This document shows positions 45,801 through 53,022 of a stretch of 64,000 nt of DNA, piece by piece. The stretch comes from Planctomycetota bacterium. GTDB lineage: Bacteria > Planctomycetota > UBA11346. The stretch spans positions 1 through 64,000 of the forward strand of contig JBBQSO010000022.1 in the NCBI GenBank assembly GCA_038213805.1, read 5' to 3'. The translations under genes and the position numbers were made by a program. The notes under the pieces are model-generated. The model was given only the letters and a program-made list of their open reading frames with translations. It did not search any database and had not been told where the DNA came from. Numbering within the stretch: the first letter of the stretch is position 1; each line of letters starts with the position of its first letter.

Positions 45801-47053
45801 CCCTTGGCCGTGGACGCCGCGAAGGACGGCTTCTGGTCGTGGAAGACGAAGTCGTCGAAGTTGAGGTGGCCCCAGCCGCCGGTCGCCTGATCGACCAGGC
45901 GGATGCGGATGTGCTTGCCCTTCCAGGCCGTGAGGTCAACGGCGACGCGCTGCATGTCCTCGAGGTCGTTGCCGCCACCGGTGAAGACCACCTTGCCGGT
46001 GCCCTCCTCGACCAGCTCGACGCGCAGGGTGGCGCGGTCGCGCCCGCCGCCGACCAGGAAACTCGCCCACGGCTGGGCGACGACGAACGCGGGCGAGGTC
46101 AGCGTGCCCGTGCCCGCGTCCAAGACGTGTTCATAGCCGCCGATCCAGAACTGGCCGGCGTGGCGGCTGGCCATGCCCGGCTTGCGCTGGCTGATGGTGT
46201 CGCCCTTGATCGGCTGATCCGTGAAGGCGTCGCCGGTGGCGGTCCAGCCCGCAAGGGTGCCGGTCTCGAAGTCGAGGTTGAGCGGCTTGCCGTCGTCGCC
46301 CAGCGGACGGATGCCGGCGCTCGCGGTCGCCGGCACATCCTGCACGCCCGGCAGGGCCGGCGGCAGTTCGGAGGCGCCAAGGTCGGTGAAACGGATATTG
46401 CGAAACTGGATCTTCGCCGGACCGGGGCCGGCGTGCAGCTGCAGGCCGATGCGCCCGGCGTACTTCGCGGCGCTGCTCTGGTGATCGTCGAGCGCGGCGA
46501 AGAGCGTGCCGTTGATCCAGGTCTCAAGGTGCGAGTTGGCGGCGTGCACGTGGTAGGTGTTCCAGCCCTCCTTGACCGGGACGCTGCGGAAGCTCTCGGG
46601 CGTGGCCAGTGGATCGGCCCAGCGCCTGCCGTCGGGCGCGATCGAGCCGCGCGTGCCGCGCTCGGCGAGCAGGGCGCGACCGTTTTCCTCGTAGATGCGA
46701 CCGAGCCAGGTGGCGCCGTCGTCGAGGTCGGCCTGGTAGCCCTTGGCCTCGCCATCGTCAAGGCGCTGGCTGCGGATCTGGATGCCGGAGTTGGCGCTGG
46801 GCACGCCGCTGATGCGGTACTCGACGGTGAGGTCGAAGTCGCGGCTCTCGCCCTTCCAGAACAAGAATTGGTTGCGCCCGAGCGACTGGCCCGCCGGGAT
46901 CTCGCCGGTAAGCGCGCCGTCTTCGACCCGCCACCACTTCGCGTCGCCTTCCCAGCCGCCGAGGGTGGTGCCGTCGAAGATGCTGCGCTCCTCGGCGGAC
47001 CACGCGCAGACGCCGGCGGCGAGGAGGGGGATGAGCAGGAGGGGGCGGAGCAT
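42842..47053 (-). CDS. PVC-type heme-binding CxxCH protein with N-terminal DUF1080-like domain
   Basis: Signal peptide; NSGIQIRS..GYQAD..IGLQLH; AEPDVRQPIAFAIDERGRLWV propeller; HEAT-like repeats; CTACH..GPDL..SMMP. Confidence 0.88.
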   Translation of the reverse strand: MLRPLLLIPLLAAGVCAWSAEERSIFDGTTLGGWEGDAKWWRVEDGALTGEIPAGQSLGRNQFLFWKGESRDFDLTVEYRISGVPSANSGIQIRSQRLDDGEAKGYQADLDDGATWLGRIYEENGRALLAERGTRGSIAPDGRRWADPLATPESFRSVPVKEGWNTYHVHAANSHLETWINGTLFAALDDHQSSAAKYAGRIGLQLHAGPGPAKIQFRNIRFTDLGASELPPALPGVQDVPATASAGIRPLGDDGKPLNLDFETGTLAGWTATGDAFTDQPIKGDTISQRKPGMASRHAGQFWIGGYEHVLDAGTGTLTSPAFVVAQPWASFLVGGGRDRATLRVELVEEGTGKVVFTGGGNDLEDMQRVAVDLTAWKGKHIRIRLVDQATGGWGHLNFDDFVFHDQKPSFAASTAKGAASHQNDSAVLWHLRPNPAKPTAIANPEAQKLISDMMLTHGFQAELMVAEPDVRQPIAFAIDERGRLWVVEAYSYPNKQPEGKGKDRIVIFEDKDGDGFLETRTVFTEGLNLVSGIEVGYGGVFIGAAPQLLFIPDRDHDDKPDGAPEVVLDGWGHQDTHETMNSFTWGPDGWLYGNQGVFTRSNVGKPGATDAERTPLRAGVWRYHPVRKEFEVFAHGGSNQWGIDFNEVGHLFMTHCRSFWGGGGTSYVIRNGHYWNQVNAEYAPFIDNNAPDFAPALRNYLPASARYDDGEGGAGKPGSGAVYGGHAHAGAMIYLGDNWPEIYRDHMFTFNLFGQQLNHQESVRSGAGYETLHAGYDMLMSPDPRWLGVDLQYGPDGAAYAIDWCDTQHCHTPRDESWNRSDGRIYRISWAATWHPVKVDLGAKTDAELVALHAHRNEWFVRTARRLLAERAATGKLDVKALAPLRTQASAPDAVTALHALWTLHVTGQLDAAGIAAALKHPDDRVRGWAVDLGTERAQAPLITPAVLTQLATSDPSPAVRLALASALPTLADAPRWDVAKALAAHGEDAGDRFLPKVVWTGLAPLVPGDPTRALALAAASPLPTVSDSCVWYAARSGAGRDQITAQMSGSDDARAARLLRLLASSLENETRLPMPAGWADVAKRFAKDDGLRALSERLSAVFGDNSVLARMRGVLGDDNAPAPERQRAFELLKRSGDKEAQPIYVHLLEADAWRTAVIPLLAGSADPAAAKGIIAHFAPLSEKDRIAALETLTSHPAQATELLHALQDKRFDRANLTALHVRQMRNLHNDGIDQLLDKAFGRVTDSPAAAKATMARFKKTFNEAPLWAFDVNVGKAVFQRTCTACHSYNGVGGKLGPDLGGSARNGVDYFIENIVDPNAVVGENYQLNLITKKDGSVVSGMVDSETDTVYVLRTVAEKVIIPKDQVQTRQVLAQSMMPPGLLEAMPEPDVIALLKFLTNKN

Positions 47054-47339
47054 GCGAGCCTTTCGCTACGGGAAAACGCGTCGAACTGCGAGCAGGTTAC
47101 GGGTCGGGTCCAGTCAGCGTTGACCACCAGGCGACGCGACGATCACCACGGTAAATACCACGGAAAATCAAAAGAATCTACGACCGCTCCACCGCGCGGG
47201 CGAGGCCCGGCGGGAAGCGTACCGGAGGTGGCAGCGGAGCGCGGCTCAGCAGCCGGTACGGCTCCTGGCACGGTTGCGCGCACGACGACCCAGCGTGCAG
47301 AAGTGGCGCTGACGGAGAGGGCGCGCGCGCATTGCGGAC

Positions 47340-48611
47340 CTAGTGCCCGAGCGGCTTGGGCTGGGCCGCGTCGTAGGCGGCCTGGTCGACCGGCTGCGCG
47401 TGCTGCAGGTGGACGAAGGTGCCTTTCTTGTTGCCGACCACGACGTCCGGCAGTCCGTCGCCGTTGAGGTCGCCGACCATCACCTGGGTGCCGACGCCGC
47501 TGGCGTCGTGGATGAGGTGCGGAACCCAGTCGATCGCGCCGCCCGGCCCGCGCACCAGCTTGAACCAGTACAGCACGCCGGTGAACTCCGCGTCATTGGC
47601 GCCGTGCGGGCCGTGCGACCACCAGCGCCGGCCGGTGACGATGTCCTTCAGTCCGTCGCCGTCCATGTCGACCAGCTGCAGCGCGTGCAGTTCCGAGAAG
47701 TGCACGCCGTAGCGGTTGTCCTCGGGCTTGTCGCCCATGATCAGATGGCGGGTGAAGGTGTGATCGGCGTTCTGCTCGAACCAGGCCAGACCGTAATCGT
47801 GCGCCGCGAGCGAGGTCACCACGTCGGCGCGGCCGTCGCCGTTGACGTCGTAGACCTCCATCTGCGCGCCGCCGCCGCCGAAGTCGGCGGGGTGGAAGAC
47901 CCACTGCGGATCGCCACTCAGGTCGGACGGCTGTTCCCACCAGCCCTCGCGCATGAGGATGTCCTTGCGCCCGTCACCATTCAGGTCGCCGACGCCGAGA
48001 CCGTGGGTGAAGCGGCCCCAGCCGCCCTTGGCCGACACCGCGTGGAAGACCCACGGCTTGGCCGGGGCCGCCCAGTCGACGCTGGCATAGCCGACCTGGC
48101 CGGCGCTGATGCACAGCAACTCGGGATGCGCATCGCCGACCACGTCGCTGAAGGTCGGCGACTCGTTGTCGACGCTCGCGAAGACCTGATGGCGGGCCCA
48201 CGCCGCATCCTTGCCCGGACCCGGGTTCTCGAACCATGACGCGTCCTTGCCGGGGAAGCCGACGATGACGATGTCCTGGTTGCCGTCATCGTTCAGGTCG
48301 CACGCCCACGCGAAGAAGTTGTCGGAGTAGCCGTGCGGGTCGAAGGCCTTGGCCGGGTAGTACTCGTGGCGCACCGTGAAGCCGGGGCCCTGGTACCAGT
48401 ACGGCCCGGAGACCACGTCCATCACGCCGTCATGGTTGAAGTCGCCGAAGGCGGCACCTTCGCTGAGGAACTGATCGCTCAGACACTGGGTGGTGAAGGT
48501 GCGCAGGGTCGGCGCATCGGCGGCCGTCGCCCCGGTCATGGCCAGGGCAAGCGCGCACCCGATCAGGCGCCGTAGGAGGGAAGAAGCGGAATGCGTGCGG
48601 GTTTGGGACAT
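47340..48611 (-). CDS. Secreted FG-GAP/VCBS repeat protein
   Basis: Signal peptide and repeated DxNxDGxxD(I/V) motifs. Confidence 0.88.
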   Translation of the reverse strand: MSQTRTHSASSLLRRLIGCALALAMTGATAADAPTLRTFTTQCLSDQFLSEGAAFGDFNHDGVMDVVSGPYWYQGPGFTVRHEYYPAKAFDPHGYSDNFFAWACDLNDDGNQDIVIVGFPGKDASWFENPGPGKDAAWARHQVFASVDNESPTFSDVVGDAHPELLCISAGQVGYASVDWAAPAKPWVFHAVSAKGGWGRFTHGLGVGDLNGDGRKDILMREGWWEQPSDLSGDPQWVFHPADFGGGGAQMEVYDVNGDGRADVVTSLAAHDYGLAWFEQNADHTFTRHLIMGDKPEDNRYGVHFSELHALQLVDMDGDGLKDIVTGRRWWSHGPHGANDAEFTGVLYWFKLVRGPGGAIDWVPHLIHDASGVGTQVMVGDLNGDGLPDVVVGNKKGTFVHLQHAQPVDQAAYDAAQPKPLGH

Positions 48612-48805
48612 GCTGCGGATGGGTATACCCGCGACGCGACCCCGTCCATGAGGTCTTTTGCAGGTTCATTGAGGTTTTTCACCGGTGGTACGTGGCCGTT
48701 TGCGCCCATCACCCACACCTCGCGTCGGCCCCCAGCCGGGATCTGGCCTGGTGCAGCCACCACGGATGATCAGCGCTCGCCGCAGCGCCGGCGACGGAGC
48801 ATGCC

Positions 48806-49144
48806 ATGACCGAGCCGACCCTGACCGACGTGCAGATCATGATCGACACGCTCTTCGCCAAGCTCGACAAAGCGGCCTCTGGGGGTGACCTGACGCGCTA
48901 CCAGCACGCCCTACGCATCCAGATCTCGCGCAAGCGCAACATGGGCGGGACACTGACTGGATCGGAGCGCGAACTCGTTGCGGCGGTCGGTACCATCACA
49001 CCGGCGCGGCGCAGCCATCCGCTGGTGACGCTCCTGGTCATCATCGCGCTGGGGGCCGCTGCACTGTTCCTGTACCGCAGGTTTTCACCGCCCCCAGCGG
49101 GTGCTCCAGCCGCCCCTCTGGCACCCCCGGCCGACGTCCGTTAG
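48806..49144 (+). CDS. Small hypothetical membrane protein
   Basis: GGAG RBS, a single C-terminal TM and a Pro-rich tail. Confidence 0.6.
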   Translation: MTEPTLTDVQIMIDTLFAKLDKAASGGDLTRYQHALRIQISRKRNMGGTLTGSERELVAAVGTITPARRSHPLVTLLVIIALGAAALFLYRRFSPPPAGAPAAPLAPPADVR

Positions 49145-49240
49145 GAAGCCTTAGGTCGTGCTGAAATGGACAGCCCATGGTTGGGCGGACGCGCTCTGCG
49201 GCAATTGCCTGTCGGGTCCGTGGTGCTACCTTCGCTGACC

Positions 49241-49942
49241 ATGTCCGTGCGCACCTTTGCAGCCGTCCTCCTCGACCTCGACGGCACGCTGGTCGATTCG
49301 GAACCCGCCCACGTGCGTGCGCACCGCCGCTTCCTGTCCGGCAAGGGTCTCGACGTCCCGGAGGCGCGCCTTTACGCCAACATCGGCAAGAGCGACGCGC
49401 TGCTGTTCCAGGACCTCATGCGGGAGCACGGCCTGAACGAGGACGTCGAGGCGTGGAAGCTCGCCAAAAGCGAGATGCTCATGGAGATCCTGGCAGGCGA
49501 GGGGGTGCCGCTGCGCTCCGGCGCCCGCGCCCTGCTCGAGCACGCCTGGTCCGAGGGCCTCACCTGCTGCGTCGTGACCTCGTCGCCGCGCGCCGTCGCC
49601 GCCCTCGCGCTTGAGTCCGTCGGCTTGACCGCGCGCCTGCCGATGCGCGTGTGCTTCGAGGACAGCGCACCGCGCCACAAGCCCGACCCCCATCCCTACG
49701 CCCTCGCCGCGCAGCGCCTGGGCGTGCCCATCGAACGCTGCCTGGCGATCGAGGACAGCATCAGCGGCATCGCCTCAGCGCACGCCGCCGGTGCGATCGT
49801 CATCGCCGTCGATGGGCACGCCAGCGAGGCCGACCAGATCGCCGCCGGCGCCGGCCGGGTGGTGCACTGCCTGAGCGAGCTGCTGCCACTCAACCGCCAG
49901 CCGGGGGCGACGTCCTCGTTCAGGCGGACGGTGAAGAAATAG
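49241..49942 (+). CDS. HAD-superfamily phosphatase
   Basis: LDLDGTLVDS, VTSS, KPDP and IEDS motifs. Confidence 0.92.
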   Translation: MSVRTFAAVLLDLDGTLVDSEPAHVRAHRRFLSGKGLDVPEARLYANIGKSDALLFQDLMREHGLNEDVEAWKLAKSEMLMEILAGEGVPLRSGARALLEHAWSEGLTCCVVTSSPRAVAALALESVGLTARLPMRVCFEDSAPRHKPDPHPYALAAQRLGVPIERCLAIEDSISGIASAHAAGAIVIAVDGHASEADQIAAGAGRVVHCLSELLPLNRQPGATSSFRRTVKK

Positions 49943-49943
49943 T

Positions 49944-50062
49944 TCTGAAGTCCGGAGGTCCGGGAGTCCGGAAGTCGCGTGGTTAAGGAAGTCATCGATT
50001 GGCGGGCTGCCAATTCCGCGGGTCTGGACTTCCGGACTTCCGGACTTCCGGACTTCCGGACC
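49944..50062. repeat. Inverted pair of GTCCGGAA tandem arrays
   Basis: About 4 units at 49944-49976 and about 5 reverse-complement units at 50023-50062. Confidence 0.85.
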
Positions 50063-50080
50063 TGCCGCTAGGCTCCGTGC

Positions 50081-50800
50081 ATGCCCGAGATCCCCTGGTG
50101 GCAGGCCGCCTTCGCTAGCGGATATGAGCAGGTCTACGCCCACCGCGACGATGCCGCCGCCGCCGCCGAGATTGCCGGACTGCTGCCGCGCCTCAGCCAG
50201 GCGCCGGGCGCGGTGCTCGATGCCGGCTGCGGCAATGGCCGGCATCTGCAGGCGCTGCGCGCTGCGGGGCTGAACGCATTCGGATTCGACCTGAGCCCGC
50301 ACCTGCTGGCCAGCGCCCGTATCCGGGGCTCCTGCCAGGGGCGACTGGTGCGCGCCGACATGCGCGCGCCGCCGCTCGCCGGCGGGTGGGGGGCGATCGT
50401 GCTGCTGTTCACCGCCTTCGGATATTTCGACGATGCCGCCAACGCCGCGGTGCTGCGTCGCCTTGCCGGCATGCTCGCGCCGGACGGCTGGCTGGTGCTC
50501 GACCTGCCCGAACCAGTGCGCCTGCGAGCAGGTCTGGTCGCGGAGAGCGAGCGCAGTGGTGGCGATGGCCTAGTCATCCGCGAACAGCGCCGCCTGATCG
50601 GCAGTCGGGTCGAGAAGGATGTCACTATGAAGCGCGCTGGCGAGGTGCTGACGAGCTGGCGGGAGAGCGTGCGGATCTACGATGCAGCCGAGATCGCAGA
50701 GTTGGCTGCAGACGCCGGTCTGACACGGGTGGACACCTGGCCCGGGTTGCGCGGCCCTGCGAACGACGAGGGTCGCCAGGTTCATTGGCTGCGGAGCTAG
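50081..50800 (+). CDS. Class I SAM-dependent methyltransferase
   Basis: VLDAGCGNGRH, GFDLS, ADMR and LFTAFGYF. Confidence 0.9.
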   Translation: MPEIPWWQAAFASGYEQVYAHRDDAAAAAEIAGLLPRLSQAPGAVLDAGCGNGRHLQALRAAGLNAFGFDLSPHLLASARIRGSCQGRLVRADMRAPPLAGGWGAIVLLFTAFGYFDDAANAAVLRRLAGMLAPDGWLVLDLPEPVRLRAGLVAESERSGGDGLVIREQRRLIGSRVEKDVTMKRAGEVLTSWRESVRIYDAAEIAELAADAGLTRVDTWPGLRGPANDEGRQVHWLRS

Positions 50801-50820
50801 CGGATCGACCATCTGGGACC

Positions 50821-50888
50821 TTCCTGGGACCGTGCGCCGCTGGCGCGCTTGAGATGGGGAGCGCGCCAGCGGCGCGCGGTCCCAGGAA
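50821..50888. repeat. REP-like palindromic element, copy 2
   Basis: TTCCTGGGACCGTGCGCCGCTGGCGCGCT...AGCGCGCCAGCGGCGCGCGGTCCCAGGAA. Confidence 0.85.
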
Positions 50889-50978
50889 TGCCCCTTGCGC
50901 TGATTCGGTGACTGGCGAATGGGCCGCGGCTGACTCCAGGCTCTGGATCCACCTCCGTCCCTACCCATCATCCCCACC

Positions 50979-51710
50979 ATGCTCCTGGCCTTCGAAACCG
51001 TCGCACGCAGCGCTTCAGCCTGCCTGGTGGATGACCAGGGGCGCGAGCTCGCCTATCGCGACCTTGGCGGCGGCGAGGCGGAGAAGGGTCTGATCAGCCT
51101 GCTCGACGGCCTGATCCGCGATTTCGGCCCGCCATCCGCCTTGGCGGTGGCTGCCGGTCCAGGCAGCTTCACCGGACTGCGTATCGGACTGGTCGCGGCG
51201 CGCACGCTGGCGTGGCTGGAAGACCTGCCGGTGCACGGCGTCGACAGCCTGGTGGCGCGCGCCTGCGAGGCGGGCGAGGGATGCTGGTGGGTACTCGCAC
51301 CGCTCAAGCGCGATACCACCTTCCAGGCGCTGATCACGGTGGTGGATGGGGTACCGCACGTCCTGGACCCGACCACGGCGATGCCGGACGCTCAGCCCTT
51401 GCCCGCGCATCCGCTGCGCGTCGGCGCGGTGGCGGTCGGACCGGCGCTGGTCGCGAAGCCGGATCTGGCGGAACGCTGGTGCGCCGGGGTGCGCCTGGGC
51501 TCGCCGGCCGCGTTGACGGCGCGCGGCGTGGCGCTCGCCGCCCGCCACCAGCCCGCGATCCACTGGGAACATCTCCTGCCCGCCTATCACCAGCTCAGCG
51601 CACCAGAGCTGCAGCGCGCGGCGCTGCAGGGTCCGGAAGTCCGTCCCGAGGGTCCGGAAGTCCGGAAGTCCGGAAGTCCGGAAGTCGACAGCCGCGTGGA
51701 ACCGCGGTAG
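50979..51710 (+). CDS. tsaB: tRNA t6A biosynthesis protein TsaB
   Basis: MLLAFET, AVAAGPGSFTGLRIG, GVDSL and LLPAY. Confidence 0.9.
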   Translation: MLLAFETVARSASACLVDDQGRELAYRDLGGGEAEKGLISLLDGLIRDFGPPSALAVAAGPGSFTGLRIGLVAARTLAWLEDLPVHGVDSLVARACEAGEGCWWVLAPLKRDTTFQALITVVDGVPHVLDPTTAMPDAQPLPAHPLRVGAVAVGPALVAKPDLAERWCAGVRLGSPAALTARGVALAARHQPAIHWEHLLPAYHQLSAPELQRAALQGPEVRPEGPEVRKSGSPEVDSRVEPR

Positions 51711-51793
51711 ATTCCCTTCGCCGCCGCGCAGGAAGACCAATGGCTCCAGCCGCATTCGACCTCTGGACTTCCGGACTTCCGGACTTCCGGACC
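51630..51793. repeat. Inverted pair of GTCCGGAA arrays overlapping the tsaB 3' end
   Basis: Left arm 51630-51686 lies inside tsaB; right arm 51762-51793 lies just before alr. Confidence 0.85.
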
Positions 51794-51800
51794 CTCCCCC

Positions 51801-52898
51801 ATGGCCTGGCGTAACCGCGTCGAGGTCAGCTATGGCGCCCTGCGCGCCAACATCGCCGCGGTGCGCGCCGCGGCGGGCGTGCGCCACGTCATCGCCGTGG
51901 TCAAGGCCGACGCCTATGGCCTGGGTTTGGAGCGCTGCGCGCGCATCTACGCCGAAGGCGGGGTGGCTGCGCTGGCCGTCGCCGCCCTGGTCGAAGCCGA
52001 CCGCGTGCGCCGCGTGGTCGGCGACGCGCGCATCATCCTGCTCGGTTCGCCCCTGCCGGAGGAGCGCCCGGCGGTGGTGGCGAGCGGCTATGAGGTGTGC
52101 TGCTCGAGTATGGAGGAAGTTCAGGAGTTCGCGCACCTCGCCGACGCCCGCACCCCGCATCCCGTGCACGTCAAGTTCGACAGCGGCATGGGCCGCTTCG
52201 GCGCCAACGCCGAGGAGGCAGAGGCGATGGTGCGCGCCGTCCTCGCTGCGCCCGGTCTGCGCCTCGCCGGCGTCGCCTCGCATTACCCGCAGGCCACCGA
52301 CGGCACCTTCACAGCTGACCAGGAGCAACGCTGCGCGGTCCTGCTCGCGCGCCTGCCACCGCTGCCGGCCGCCTGCTGGATCCACTACGCCAACTCTGAA
52401 GGCCTGCTGGTACGTCCGCCCGGCCCCGCCCATGCCGTGCGCGTCGGACTGCTGCTCGCGGGGGTGGTGCCCGACGGCTGCGCCAACCCCGGGGTGGTGC
52501 CGGCGGTGCGCTGGATCAGCAGCCTCAGCCTGGTGAAGCGCCTGCCCAGCGGTCACGGCGTCAGCTACAACCGCAGCCGCCTGCTGCAGCGCGACAGCCT
52601 GGTCGGGATCGTCCCGGTCGGCTACGCCGACGGCTATCCGCTCGCGCTCTCCGACCGCGGCGCCGTACTCATCCAGGGGCAGCGCTGCCCCATCCTCGGC
52701 CGCGTGACCATGGATTACTGCATCGTCGACCTCACCGACCTGCCCCGCCCGCCGGCGCCGGGCGAGGCGGTGGTGCTGTTCGGCAGCCAGGGCGGCGAAC
52801 AGCTCAGCGTCAACGAACTCGCCCGCCACGCCGGCACGATTCCCTATGACATCCTGTGCGGACTGCGGGGGCGCTGCGAGGTGGTGGGCGTGCCCTGA
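51801..52898 (+). CDS. alr: Alanine racemase
   Basis: AVVKADAYG, HVKFDSGMGRFG, VSY, GYADGY and GRVTMD. Confidence 0.95.
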   Translation: MAWRNRVEVSYGALRANIAAVRAAAGVRHVIAVVKADAYGLGLERCARIYAEGGVAALAVAALVEADRVRRVVGDARIILLGSPLPEERPAVVASGYEVCCSSMEEVQEFAHLADARTPHPVHVKFDSGMGRFGANAEEAEAMVRAVLAAPGLRLAGVASHYPQATDGTFTADQEQRCAVLLARLPPLPAACWIHYANSEGLLVRPPGPAHAVRVGLLLAGVVPDGCANPGVVPAVRWISSLSLVKRLPSGHGVSYNRSRLLQRDSLVGIVPVGYADGYPLALSDRGAVLIQGQRCPILGRVTMDYCIVDLTDLPRPPAPGEAVVLFGSQGGEQLSVNELARHAGTIPYDILCGLRGRCEVVGVP

Positions 52899-53022
52899 GA
52901 GAGGGACGCGCAGCATAGAACGTTCAAGACACCAGGCAGGCCTGCGCCGCGCACCGGCCACCCGTAACGGGCCCGGCGGATAGGCCATGGCCTTTCGCTG
53001 CGAACGTGTAGAAACTGCAGGA

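Noticed and set aside
44093..47467. 1124-aa plus-strand ORF
   Set aside because: Antisense to the PVC heme protein; no recognisable domain.
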